This document shows positions 42,101 through 57,100 of a stretch of DNA of 64,000 nucleotides, piece after piece. How positions within the stretch are numbered: position 1 is the stretch's first letter; each line of letters opens with the position of its first letter. Origin of the DNA: Malacoraja senta (taxonomy: Eukaryota); assembly GCA_038087875.1 (NCBI GenBank), contig CM075985.1, forward strand, positions 25,296,001 through 25,360,000, read 5' to 3'. A model generated the notes under the pieces. That model made no database searches, was not told where the DNA came from, and saw nothing but the letters and a program-made list of their open reading frames with translations. The position numbers were made by a program, and so were the translations under genes.

Positions 42101-45100
42101 ATCCTCCACAAATCTGAACTATTTTGAAATTGTGTCATAATTTGGTACAATTGTTATGAGCCAAACATTGTCATCTTAACGTGTATATTTGCACAATTTA
42201 TGCCAATAATGTAAGCAAAGATGCAAGAAGTAAGTCACAGAGCTGATGTTAGAAATGTTGTTTCATTGTCTTTGATTTGCCAATGTTTATGGAAAGTGGT
42301 TTGACTCACCTGTTGTGGAACTGGAGGTGGACTCAGTTGTACCAGTTGTCAAAGATGTTGTTGGTGTTGATCCTTGAGAGCAAATAGAAAAGCATTTACA
42401 AATTGAATTGCAAGAGTCACCAATCAATTTCAGTACGATACTGCACATTTTCCTGAGACTGGGCTGAATTTTAACAATGTTCATTGTTCGTGCCTAAGCA
42501 AAGGACATTTAGAAGTTAACCAAATTTTGCTTCGTCATTTATCAAGGACCGAAATTATGAAAAGACATTGTGATTTTTCAAAGAAAGTTCTGAACTCCTT
42601 TATTGATCCATTTTTGAAAAATCTTTGAGCTGAAACAAAACTGTTTAACAGCGTTGCCATGACCAAAAACTCCCGGAATAGTGGAAGAGGCGAAGGGAAG
42701 AGACCTTTTCTATAAAAGTGAAAATCCTTATCCATGTCTACTGAAAGGTGCCAGACTCAATTCACTTTTTAAATTATTATTGCAGGCAATCAGCACCAAA
42801 AGGCCTCCTTAATTCGGTAGTTGTTTCTATATTTTCTTGGTGAGAAACTACATTTTTGGAATAAAGCAATGAACAAATATTCCTGAAGAGGGTGCTGTGT
42901 AGAACTTCACTAAACAAAGCACAGTCCTAAAGGAAAAGCTAACAAGATTGATAGATGATGTTACTAACCTGATGTAGTGCTGGTGGTGGTCTCAGTTGTT
43001 GGTGTCGTTTCTAGTGAAAAAAAAGAATGCTGTATTCAAGTGGGGCAGCCAAGAGGAATTGGTACGCAGTTATAAAGCCATCAACAGGAATTCATGAGCT
43101 GGCAAATTTTATGAAAACGTTTTACTAGTTGTCACTTTCTTCATCAGTCAATAAAGCATGCGGCCATACTATATGGCTGCATTGATTTTTCCTCGTCTTT
43201 CAGAAATTGCAGCTGATCAGGCATTTAGTAAGATTTAGTTGGCACAGATGTGCAGCTGGTAGAGCTGCAGCCTCATAGTGTTAGAGATTTGTATTCTATC
43301 CTGACCTCGGTTGCTGTCTATGCTGGGATTGCACGTTCTCCTTTTCACTGCCTGTGATCCCCCAAGTTTTTAACAGAGGATGATACTGACCTGATGTTGT
43401 GGTGGTCCCAGATGTTGATGTAGTTGTTTCTAGTGAAATAAAAAAATGTTATGTTCCACTGAGACAAACAAGAGGAATTGTTATGCAGTTTAGAATCCTT
43501 CAACAGGAATTTATCAACTGGCACCTTTTAATAAAACATTTTACACATGATATTTCCTTATCAGTGAATAAAGCATGCGGCCATACAATGCGGCTGCATT
43601 ACTTTTTCCTTGTCAATCAGCAGCTGAATATGTCAGGGCCATCACAAACAATTTCAATTTCTTAATGTACCAACTTCAGATTTTGTGGAAGCTCAGCAAG
43701 TATTCCAAGAACTACTGAACAGAAATTTAGAACATAAGGAGCGGTAAAGTGCCACAGCTGGTGCAACTCCTACCTCACAGCACCAGAGACTTCAGATTGA
43801 TTTGTTCCATGGGTGTTGTGTGCATGGAGATTACATGTACTCCCTGTTATGTGTGCCTTTCCTACAAGTGTCAGAAATATATTGTCACTAACCTGATGTA
43901 GTACTGGTAGTGGTCTCAGTTGTTGATGTAGTTGTTGGTGTTTCTAGTGAAAGAAAATAATGCAATATTCAACCAAGACAGCCAAGAGGAATTGGTATAG
44001 AGCTAATTATTGGTAGTCAGGAAACCATCAGCAGGAATTCATATGCTGGCACACATTATTAAAATGTTTAACAGATGGCATTTTTGTTCTTCATAGAATA
44101 AAATTGTAGGGCAAAACATACTTTTGATCAATCAGCAGCTGAATATTTCTGTGCCATCACAAATAATCCTGAGCTATCTATATACCAGTTGCGGATTTCC
44201 TGGAAGATCAACCGTCTTCCAAAGACCGCAAGGTCTACTTAATACCATAATTTCTAATAGTATGGAATGTGTGTACTATGGGTAAGCATGTCTGTTCATA
44301 TGTCCCATTGATACATGATTCTCAACTTGCATAAAATGTGTTCATATTAATCATGGTTTTGTTTTTTGCTACGGAATGTCCGAAGAAATAGAGAAGCAGA
44401 AAACACCAACACATATCCTCCACAAATCTGAACTATTTTGAAATTGTGTCATAATTTGGTACAATTGTTATGAGCCAAACATTGACATCTTAACGTGTAT
44501 ATTTGCACAATTTATGCCAATAATGTCAGCAAAGATGCAAGAAGTAAGTCACAGAGCTGATGTTAGAAATGTTGTTTCATTGTCTTTGATTTGCCAATGT
44601 TTATGGAAAGTGGTTTCACTCACCTGTTGTGGAACTGGAGGTAGACTCAGTTGTACCAGTTGTCAAAGATGTTGTTGGTGTTGTTCCTAAAGAGCAAATA
44701 GAAAAGCATTTACAAATTGAATTGCAAGAGTCACCAATCAATTTCAGTACGATACTGCACATTTTCCTGAGACTGGGCTGAATTTTAACAATGTTCATTG
44801 TTCGTGCCTAAGCAAAGGACATTTAGAAGTTAACCATATTTTGCTTCGTCATTGATCAAGGACCGAAATTATGAAAAGACATTGTGATTCTTAAAAGAAA
44901 GTTCTGAACTCCTTTATTGATCTATTTTGGAAAAATCATTGAGCAGAAACAAAACTGTTTAACAGCGTTGCCATGACCAAAAACTCCCGGAATAGTGGAA
45001 GAGGCGAAGGGAAGAGACCTTTTCTATAAAAGTGAAAATCCTTATCCATGTCAACTGAAAAGTGCCAGCCTCTATGCTCTTTTTAAAATTATTTAGGCAA

Positions 45101-48100
45101 CCAGCACCAAAAGGCCACCTTAATATGGTAGAGGCTTCTATATTTCCGTGGTGAGAAACTACATTTTTTGAATAAAGGAATGAACAAATATTCCTGAAGA
45201 GGGTGCTGTGTAGAACTTCACTAAACAAAGCACAGTCCTAAAGGAAAAGCTAACAAGATTGATAGATAATGTTACTAACCTGATGTGGTGCTGGTGGTGG
45301 TCTCAGTTGTTGGTGTCGTTTCTAGTGAAAGAAAGAATGCTGTATTCAAGTGGAGCAGCCAAGAGGAATTGGTACACAGTTATAAAGCCATCAACAGCAA
45401 TTCATGAGCTGGCACATTTTATGAAAGTGTTTTAATATGTAGACTGGTTACTTCTTAATAATATATGCAAAGATAAACTGCTCAGCAACAACAGACTGTG
45501 TCCCCCGCGGCCTCTCCACGGCGTTCAGCGCCCAGCTCGCCTATTTCACCACCTCAACTCGGTGGGTCTCCGGTGATGGCCCCGGTCACTTCCCCGTCAT
45601 TTCACCAGTGAATTGAATAAAGCATGCGGCCATACTATACGGCTGCATTACTTTTTCCTTGTCAATCAGCAGCTGAATATTTCAGGGCCATCATAAACAA
45701 TTTCAATTTTTTAATGTACCAACTTCAGATTTTGTGGAAGCTCAGCAAGTATTCTAAGAACTACTGATCAGAAATTTAGAACATAAGGAGCGGTAAAGTG
45801 CCACAGCTGGTGCAACTCCTACCTCGCAGCACCAGAGAATTCAGATTGATTTGTTCCACAGGTGTTGTGTGCATGGAGGTTACATGTACTCCTGTTGTGT
45901 GTGCCTTTCCTACAAGTGTCTGAAATATATTGTCACTAACCTGATGTAGTACTGGTTGTGGTCTCAGTTGTTGATGTAGTTGTTGGTGTTTCTACTGAAA
46001 GAAAATAATGCAATATTCAACCAAGGCAGCCAAGAGAAATTGGTATACACCTAACTATTGGTAGTCAGGAAACCATCAGCAGGAATTCATATGCTGGCAC
46101 ACTTTATTAAAATGTTTAACAGATGGCATTTTTGTTCTTCGTAGAATAAAATGGCAGGCCAAATTATATCTGATCAATCAGCAGCTGAATATTTCTGTGC
46201 CATCACAAATAAACCTGTTCTCTCTATATACCAGTTGCAGATTTCCTGGAAGATCAACCGTCTTCCAAATACTGCAAGGTCTACTTAATACCATATTTTC
46301 TAATACCATTATTCGTTGATCCATTTTTGAAAAATCTTTGAGCTGAAACAAAACTGTTTAACAGCGTTGCCATGACCAAAAACTCCCGGAATAGTGGAAG
46401 AGGCGAAGGGAAGAGACCTTTTCTATAAAAGTGAAAATCCTTATCCATGTCTACTGAAAGGTGCCAGACTCAATTCACTTTTTAAATTATTATTGCAGGC
46501 AATCAGCACCAAAAGGCCTCCTTAATTCGGTAGTTGTTTCTATATTTTCTTGGTGAGAAACTACATTTTTGGAATAAAGCAATGAACAAATATTCCTGAA
46601 GAGGGTGCTGTGTAGAACTTCACTAAACAAAGCACAGTCCTAAAGGAAAAGCTAACAAGATTGATAGATGATGTTACTAACCTGATGTAGTGCTGGTGGT
46701 GGTCTCAGTTGTTGGTGTCGTTTCTAGTGAAAAAAAAGAATGCTGTATTCAAGTGGGGCAGCCAAGAGGAATTGGTACGCAGTTATAAAGCCATCAACAG
46801 GAATTCATGAGCTGGCATATTTTATGAAAACGTTTTACTAGTTGTCACTTTCTTCATCAGTCAATAAAGCATGCGGCCATACTATATGGCTGCATTGATT
46901 TTTCCTCGTCTTTCAGAAATTGCAGCTGATCAGGCCTTTAGTAAGATTTAGTTGGCACAGATGTGCAGCTGGTAGAGCTGCAGCCTCATAGTGTTAGAGA
47001 TTTGTATTCTATCCTGACCTCGGTTGCTGTCTATGCTGGGATTGCACGTTCTCCTTTTCACTGCCTGTGATCCCCCAAGTTTTTAACAGAGGATGATACT
47101 GACCTGATGTTGTGGTGGTCCCAGATGTTGATGTAGTTGTTTCTAGTGAAATAAAAAAATGTTATGTTCCACTGAGACAAACAAGAGGAATTGTTATGCA
47201 GTTTAGAATCCTTCAACAGGAATTTATCAACTGGCACCTTTTAATAAAACATTTTACACATGATATTTCCTTATCAGTGAATAAAGCATGCGGCCATACA
47301 ATGCGGCTGCATTACTTTTTCCTTGTCAATCAGCAGCTGAATATGTCAGGGCCATCACAAACAATTTCAATTTCTTAATGTACCAACTTCAGATTTTGTG
47401 GAAGCTCAGCAAGTATTCCAAGAACTACTGAACAGAAATTTAGAACATAAGGAGCGGTAAAGTGCCACAGCTGGTGCAACTCCTACCTCACAGCACCAGA
47501 GACTTCAGATTGATTTGTTCCATGGGTGTTGTGTGCATGGAGATTACATGTACTCCCTGTTATGTGTGCCTTTCCTACAAGTGTCAGAAATATATTGTCA
47601 CTAACCTGATGTAGTACTGGTAGTGGTCTCAGTTGTTGATGTAGTTGTTGGTGTTTCTAGTGAAAGAAAATAATGCAATATTCAACCAAGACAGCCAAGA
47701 GGAATTGGTATACAGCTAATTATTGGTAGTCAGGAAACCATCAGCAGGAATTCATATGCTGGCACACATTATTAAAATGTTTAACAGATGGCATTTTTGT
47801 TCTTCATAGAATAAAATTGTAGGGCAAAACATACTTTTGATCAATCAGCAGCTGAATATTTCTGTGCCATCACAAATAATCCTGAGCTATCTATATACCA
47901 GTTGCGGATTTCCTGGAAGATCAACCGTCTTCCAAAGACCGCAAGGTCTACTTAATACCATAATTTCTAATAGTATGGAATGTGTGTACTATGGGTAAGC
48001 ATGTCTGTTCATATGTCCCATTGATACATGATTCTCAACTTGCATAAAATGTGTTCATATTAATCATGGTTTTGTTTTTTGCTACGGAATGTCCGAAGAA

Positions 48101-51100
48101 ATAGAGAAGCAGAAAACACCAACACATATCCTCCACAAATCTGAACTATTTTGAAATTGTGTCATAATTTGGTACAATTGTTATGAGCCAAACATTGACA
48201 TCTTAACGTGTATATTTGCACAATTTATGCCAATAATGTGAGCAAAGATGCAAGAAGTAAGTCACAGAGCTGATGTTAGAAATGTTGTTTCATTGTCTTT
48301 GATTTGCCAATGTTTATGGAAAGTGGTTTGACTCACCTGTTGTGGAACTGGAGGTGGACTCAGTTGTACCAGTTGTCAAAGATGTTGTTGGTGTTGTTCC
48401 TTGAGAGCAAATAGAAAAGCATTTACAAATTGAATTGCAAGAGTCACCAATCAATTTCAGTACGATACTGCACATTTTCCTGAGACTGGGCTGAATTTTA
48501 ACAATGTTCATTGTTTGTGCCTAAGCAAAGGACATTTAGAAGTTAACCAAATTTTGCTTCGTCATTTATCAAGGACCGAAATTATGAAAAGACATTGTGA
48601 TTTTTCAAAGAAAGTTCTGAACTCCTTTATTGATCCATTTTGGAAAAATCATTGAGCAGAAACAAAACTGTTTAACAGCGTTGCCATGACCAAAAACTCC
48701 CGAAATAGTGGAAGAGGCGAAGGGAAGAGACCTTTTCTATAAAAGTGCCAGCCTCTATGCTATTTTTAAAATTATTTAGGCAACCAGCACCAAAAGGCCA
48801 CCTTAATATGGTAGAGGCTTCTATATTTTCGTGGTGAGAAACTACATTTTTTGAATAAAGGAATGAACAAATATTCCTGAAGAGGGTGCTGTGTAGACCT
48901 TCACTAAACAAAGCACAGTCCTAAAGGAAAAGCTAACAAGATTGATAGATGATGTTACTAACCTGATGTAGTGCTGGTGGTGGTCTCAGTTGTTGGTGTC
49001 GTTTCTAGTGAAAGAAAGAATGCTGTATTCAAGTGGAGCAGCCAAGAGGAATTGGTACACGGTTATAAAGCCATCAACAGCAATTCATGAGCTGGCACAT
49101 TTAATGAAAGTGTTTTAATATGTAGATTGGTTACTTCTTAATAATATATGCAAAGATAAACTGCTCAGCAACAACAGACTGTGTCCCCCGCGGCCTCTCC
49201 ACGGCGTTCAGCGCCCAGCTCGCCTATTTCACCACCTCAACTCGGTGGGTCTCCGGTGATGGCCCCGGTCACTTCCCCGGTCACTTCCCTGTCATTTCAC
49301 CAGTGAATTGAATAAAGCATGCGGCCATACTATACGGCTGCATTACTTTTTCCTTGTCAATCAGCAGCTGAATATTTCAGGGCCATCATAAACAATTTCA
49401 ATTTCTTAATGTACCAACTTCAGATTTTGTGGAAGCTCAGCAAGTATTCTAAGAACTACTGATCAGAAATTTAGAACATAAGGAGCGGTAAAGTGCCACA
49501 GCTGGTGCAACTCCTACCTCACAGCACCAGAGAATTCAGATTGATTTGTTCCACAGGTGTTGTGTGCATGGAGATTACATGTACTCCTGTTGTGTGTGCC
49601 TTTCCTACAAGTGTCTGAAATATATTGTCACTAACCTGATGTAGTACTGGTTGTGGTCTCAGTTGTTGATGTAGTTGTTGGTGTTTCTACTGAAAGAAAA
49701 TAATGCAATATTCAACCAAGGCAGCCAAGAGGAATTGGTATACACCTAACAATTGGTAGTCAGGAAAACATCAGCAGGAATTCATATGCTGGCACACTTT
49801 ATTAAAATGTTTAACAGATGGAATTTTTGTTCTTCGTAGAATAAAATGGCAGGCCAAATTATATCTGATCAATCAGCAGCTGAATATTTCTGTGCCATCA
49901 CAAATAAACCTGTTCTCTCTATATACCAGTTGCAGATTTCCTGGAAGATCAACCGTCTTCCAAATACCGCAAGGTCTACTTAATACCATATTTTCTAATA
50001 CCATTATTCGTTGATCCATTTTTGAAAAATCTTTGAGCTGAAACAAAACTGTTTAACAGCGTTGCCATGACCAAAAACTCCCGGAATAGTGGAAGAGGCG
50101 AAGGGAAGAGACCTTTTCTATAAAAGTGAAAATCCTTATCCATATCTACTGTAAGGTGCCAGACTCAATTCACTTTTTAAATTATTATTGCAGGCAATCA
50201 GCACCAAAAGGCCTCCTTAATTCGGTAGTTGTTTCTATATTTTCTTGGTGAGAAACTACATTTTTGGAATAAAGCAATGAACAAATATTCCTGAAGAGGG
50301 TGCTATATAGAGCTTCACTAAACAAAGCACAGTCCTAAAGGAAAAGCTAACAAGATTGATAGATGATGTTACTAACCTGATGTAATGCTGGTGGTGGTCT
50401 CTGTTGTTGGTGTCGTTTCTAGTGAAAAAAAAGAATGCTGTATTCAAGTGGGGCAGCCAAGAGGAATTGGTACGCAGTTATAAAGCCATCAACAGGAATT
50501 CATGAGCTGGCATATTTTATGAAAACGTTTTACTAGTTGTCACTTTCTTCATCAGTCAATAAAGCATGCGGCCATACTATATGGCTGCATTGATTTTTCC
50601 TCGTCTTTCAGAAATTGCAGCTGATCAGGCATTTAGTAAGATTGAGTTGGCACAGATGTGCAGCTGGTAGAGCTGCAGCCTCATAGTGTTAGAGATTTGT
50701 ATTCTATCCTGACCTCGGTTGCTGTCTATGCTGGGATTGCACGTTCCCCTTTTCACTGCCTGTGATCCCCCAAGTTTTTAACAGAGGATAATACTGACCT
50801 GATGTTGTGGTGGTCCCAGATGTTGATGTAGTTGTTTCTAGTGAAATAAAAAAATGTTATGTTCCACTGAGACAAAGAAGAGGAATTGTTATGCAGTTTA
50901 GAATCCTTCAACAGGAATTTATCAACTGGCACCTTTTAATAAAACATTTTACACTTGATATTTCCTTATCAGTGAATAAAGCGTGCGGCCATACAATGCG
51001 GCTGCATTACTTTTTCCTTGTCAATCAGCAGCTGAATATGTCAGGGCCATCACAAACAATTTCAATTTCTTAATGTACCAACTTCCGATTTTGTGGAAGC

Positions 51101-54100
51101 TCAGCAAGTATTACAAGAACTACTGATCAGAAATTTAGAACATAAGGAGCGGTAAAGTGCCACAGCTGGTGCAACTCCTACCTCACAGCACCAGAGACTT
51201 CAGATTGATTTGTTCCATGGGTGTTGTGTGCATGGAGATTACATGTACTCCCTGTTATGTGTGCCTTTCCTACAAGTGTCAGAAATATATTGTCACTAAC
51301 CTGATGTAGTACTGGTAGTGGTCTCAGTTGATGATGTAGTTGTTGGTGTTTCTAGTGAAAGAAAATAATGCAATATTCAACCAAGACAGCCAAGAGGAAT
51401 TGGTATACAGCTAACTATTGGTAGTCAGGAAACCATCAGCAGGAATTCATATGCTGGCACACTTTATTAAAATGTTTAACAGATGGTATTTTTGTTCTTC
51501 ATAGAATAAAATTGTAGGGCAAAACATACTTTTGATCAATCAGCAGCTGAATATTTCTGTGCGATCACAAATAATCTTGTGCTATCTATACACCAGTTGC
51601 GGATTTCCTGGAAGATCAACCGTCTTCCAAAGACCGCAAGGTCTACTTAATACCTTAATTTCTAATAGTATGGAATGTGTGTACTATGGGTAAGCATGTC
51701 TGTTCATATGTCCCATTGATACATGATTCTCAACTTGCATAAAATGTGTTCATATTAATCATGGTTTTGTTTTTTGCTACGGAATGTCTGAAGAAATAGA
51801 GAAGCAGAAAACACCAACACATATCCTCCACAAATCTGAACTATTTTGAAATTGTGTCATAATTTGGTACAATTGTTATGAGCCAAACATTGTCATCTTA
51901 ACGTGTATATTTGCACAATTTATGCCAATAATGTAAGCAAAGATGCAAGAAGTAAGTCACAGAGCTGATGTTAGAAATGTTGTTTCATTGTCTTTGATTT
52001 GCCAATGTTTATGGAAAGTGGTTTGACTCACCTGTTGTGGAACTGGAGGTGGACTCAGTTGTACCAGTTGTCAAAGATGTTGTTGGTGTTGATCCTTGAG
52101 AGCAAATAGAAAAGCATTTACAAATTGAATTGCAAGAGTCACCAATCAATTTCAGTACGATACTGCACATTTTCCTGAGACTGGGCTGAATTTTAACAAT
52201 GTTCATTGTTCGTGCCTAAGCAAAGGACATTTAGAAGTTAACCAAATTTTGCTTCGTCATTTATCAAGGACCGAAATTATGAAAAGACATTGTGATTTTT
52301 CAAAGAAAGTTCTGAACTCCTTTATTGATCCATTTTTGAAAAATCTTTGAGCTGAAACAAAACTGTTTAACAGCGTTGCCATGACCAAAAACTCCCGGAA
52401 TAGTGGAAGAGGCGAAGGGAAGAGACCTTTTCTATAAAAGTGAAAATCCTTATCCATGTCTACTGAAAGGTGCCAGACTCAATTCACTTTTTAAATTATT
52501 ATTGCAGGCAATCAGCACCAAAAGGCCTCCTTAATTCGGTAGTTGTTTCTATATTTTCTTGGTGAGAAACTACATTTTTGGAATAAAGCAATGAACAAAT
52601 ATTCCTGAAGAGGGTGCTGTGTAGAACTTCACTAAACAAAGCACAGTCCTAAAGGAAAAGCTAACAAGATTGATAGATGATGTTACTAACCTGATGTAGT
52701 GCTGGTGGTGGTCTCAGTTGTTGGTGTCGTTTCTAGTGAAAAAAAAGAATGCTGTATTCAAGTGGGGCAGCCAAGAGGAATTGGTACGCAGTTATAAAGC
52801 CATCAACAGGAATTCATGAGCTGGCAAATTTTATGAAAACGTTTTACTAGTTGTCACTTTCTTCATCAGTCAATAAAGCATGCGGCCATACTATATGGCT
52901 GCATTGATTTTTCCTCGTCTTTCAGAAATTGCAGCTGATCAGGCATTTAGTAAGATTTAGTTGGCACAGATGTGCAGCTGGTAGAGCTGCAGCCTCATAG
53001 TGTTAGAGATTTGTATTCTATCCTGACCTCGGTTGCTGTCTATGCTGGGATTGCACGTTCTCCTTTTCACTGCCTGTGATCCCCCAAGTTTTTAACAGAG
53101 GATGATACTGACCTGATGTTGTGGTGGTCCCAGATGTTGATGTAGTTGTTTCTAGTGAAATAAAAAAATGTTATGTTCCACTGAGACAAACAAGAGGAAT
53201 TGTTATGCAGTTTAGAATCCTTCAACAGGAATTTATCAACTGGCACCTTTTAATAAAACATTTTACACATGATATTTCCTTATCAGTGAATAAAGCATGC
53301 GGCCATACAATGCGGCTGCATTACTTTTTCCTTGTCAATCAGCAGCTGAATATGTCAGGGCCATCACAAACAATTTCAATTTCTTAATGTACCAACTTCA
53401 GATTTTGTGGAAGCTCAGCAAGTATTCCAAGAACTACTGAACAGAAATTTAGAACATAAGGAGCGGTAAAGTGCCACAGCTGGTGCAACTCCTACCTCAC
53501 AGCACCAGAGACTTCAGATTGATTTGTTCCATGGGTGTTGTGTGCATGGAGATTACATGTACTCCCTGTTATGTGTGCCTTTCCTACAAGTGTCAGAAAT
53601 ATATTGTCACTAACCTGATGTAGTACTGGTAGTGGTCTCAGTTGTTGATGTAGTTGTTGGTGTTTCTAGTGAAAGAAAATAATGCAATATTCAACCAAGA
53701 CAGCCAAGAGGAATTGGTATAGAGCTAATTATTGGTAGTCAGGAAACCATCAGCAGGAATTCATATGCTGGCACACATTATTAAAATGTTTAACAGATGG
53801 CATTTTTGTTCTTCATAGAATAAAATTGTAGGGCAAAACATACTTTTGATCAATCAGCAGCTGAATATTTCTGTGCCATCACAAATAATCCTGAGCTATC
53901 TATATACCAGTTGCGGATTTCCTGGAAGATCAACCGTCTTCCAAAGACCGCAAGGTCTACTTAATACCATAATTTCTAATAGTATGGAATGTGTGTACTA
54001 TGGGTAAGCATGTCTGTTCATATGTCCCATTGATACATGATTCTCAACTTGCATAAAATGTGTTCATATTAATCATGGTTTTGTTTTTTGCTACGGAATG

Positions 54101-57100
54101 TCCGAAGAAATAGAGAAGCAGAAAACACCAACACATATCCTCCACAAATCTGAACTGTTTTGAAATTGTGTCATAATTTGGTACAATTGTTATGAGCCAA
54201 ACATTGACATCTTAACGTGTATATTTGCACAATTTATGCCAATAATGTGAGCAAAGATGCAAGAAGTAAGTCACAGAGCTGATGTTAGAAATGTTGTTTC
54301 ATTGTCTTTGATTTGCCAATGTTTATGGAAAGTGGTTTCACTCACCTGTTGTGGAACTGGAGGTAGACTCAGTTGTACCAGTTGTCAAAGATGTTGTTGG
54401 TGTTGTTCCTAAAGAGCAAATAGAAAAGCATTTACAAATTGAATTGCAAGAGTCACCAATCAATTTCAGTACGATACTGCACATTTTCCTGAGACTGGGC
54501 TGAATTTTAACAATGTTCATTGTTCGTGCCTAAGCAAAGGACATTTAGAAGTTAACCATATTTTGCTTCGTCATTGATCAAGGACCGAAATTATGAAAAG
54601 ACATTGTGATTCTTCAAAGAAAGTTCTGAACTCCTTTATTGATCTATTTTGGAAAAATCATTGAGCAGAAACAAAACTGTTTAACAGCGTTGCCATGACC
54701 AAAAACTCCCGGAATAGTGGAAGAGGCGAAGGGAAGAGACCTTTTCTATAAAAGTGAAAATCCTTATCCATGTCAACTGAAAAGTGCCAGCCTCTATGCT
54801 CTTTTTAAAATTATTTAGGCAACCAGCACCAAAAGGCCACCTTAATATGGTAGAGGCTTCTATATTTCCGTGGTGAGAAACTACATTTTTTGAATAAAGG
54901 AATGAACAAATATTCCTGAAGAGGGTGCTGTGTAGAACTTCACTAAACAAAGCACAGTCCTAAAGGAAAAGCTAACAAGATTGATAGATAATGTTACTAA
55001 CCTGATGTGGTGCTGGTGGTGGTCTCAGTTGTTGGTGTCGTTTCTAGTGAAAGAAAGAATGCTGTATTCAAGTGGAGCAGCCAAGAGGAATTGGTACACA
55101 GTTATAAAGCCATCAACAGCAATTCATGAGCTGGCACATTTTATGAAAGTGTTTTAATATGTAGACTGGTTACTTCTTAATAATATATGCAAAGATAAAC
55201 TGCTCAGCAACAACAGACTGTGTCCCCCGCGGCCTCTCCACGGCGTTCAGCGCCCAGCTCGCCTATTTCACCACCTCAACTCGGTGGGTCTCCGGTGATG
55301 GCCCCGGTCACTTCCCCGTCATTTCACCAGTGAATTGAATAAAGCATGCGGCCATACTATACGGCTGCATTACTTTTTCCTTGTCAATCAGCAGCTGAAT
55401 ATTTCAGGGCCATCATAAACAATTTCAATTTTTTAATGTACCAACTTCAGATTTTGTGGAAGCTCAGCAAGTATTCTAAGAACTACTGATCAGAAATTTA
55501 GAACATAAGGAGCGGTAAAGTGCCACAGCTGGTGCAACTCCTACCTCGCAGCACCAGAGAATTCAGATTGATTTGTTCCACAGGTGTTGTGTGCATGGAG
55601 GTTACATGTACTCCTGTTGTGTGTGCCTTTCCTACAAGTGTCTGAAATATATTGTCACTAACCTGATGTAGTACTGGTTGTGGTCTCAGTTGTTGATGTA
55701 GTTGTTGGTGTTTCTACTGAAAGAAAATAATGCAATATTCAACCAAGGCAGCCAAGAGAAATTGGTATACACCTAACTATTGGTAGTCAGGAAACCATCA
55801 GCAGGAATTCATATGCTGGCACACTTTATTAAAATGTTTAACAGATGGCATTTTTGTTCTTCGTAGAATAAAATGGCAGGCCAAATTATATCTGATCAAT
55901 CAGCAGCTGAATATTTCTGTGCCATCACAAATAAACCTGTTCTCTCTATATACCAGTTGCAGATTTCCTGGAAGATCAACCGTCTTCCAAATACTGCAAG
56001 GTCTACTTAATACCATATTTTCTAATACCATTATTCGTTGATCCATTTTTGAAAAATCTTTGAGCTGAAACAAAACTGTTTAACAGCGTTGCCATGACCA
56101 AAAACTCCCGGAATAGTGGAAGAGGCGAAGGGAAGAGACCTTTTCTATAAAAGTGAAAATCCTTATCCATGTCTACTGAAAGGTGCCAGACTCAATTCAC
56201 TTTTTAAATTATTATTGCAGGCAATCAGCACCAAAAGGCCTCCTTAATTCGGTAGTTGTTTCTATATTTTCTTGGTGAGAAACTACATTTTTGGAATAAA
56301 GCAATGAACAAATATTCCTGAAGAGGGTGCTGTGTAGAACTTCACTAAACAAAGCACAGTCCTAAAGGAAAAGCTAACAAGATTGATAGATGATGTTACT
56401 AACCTGATGTAGTGCTGGTGGTGGTCTCAGTTGTTGGTGTCGTTTCTAGTGAAAAAAAAGAATGCTGTATTCAAGTGGGGCAGCCAAGAGGAATTGGTAC
56501 GCAGTTATAAAGCCATCAACAGGAATTCATGAGCTGGCATATTTTATGAAAACGTTTTACTAGTTGTCACTTTCTTCATCAGTCAATAAAGCATGCGGCC
56601 ATACTATATGGCTGCATTGATTTTTCCTCGTCTTTCAGAAATTGCAGCTGATCAGGCCTTTAGTAAGATTTAGTTGGCACAGATGTGCAGCTGGTAGAGC
56701 TGCAGCCTCATAGTGTTAGAGATTTGTATTCTATCCTGACCTCGGTTGCTGTCTATGCTGGGATTGCACGTTCTCCTTTTCACTGCCTGTGATCCCCCAA
56801 GTTTTTAACAGAGGATGATACTGACCTGATGTTGTGGTGGTCCCAGATGTTGATGTAGTTGTTTCTAGTGAAATAAAAAAATGTTATGTTCCACTGAGAC
56901 AAACAAGAGGAATTGTTATGCAGTTTAGAATCCTTCAACAGGAATTTATCAACTGGCACCTTTTAATAAAACATTTTACACATGATATTTCCTTATCAGT
57001 GAATAAAGCATGCGGCCATACAATGCGGCTGCATTACTTTTTCCTTGTCAATCAGCAGCTGAATATGTCAGGGCCATCACAAACAATTTCAATTTCTTAA

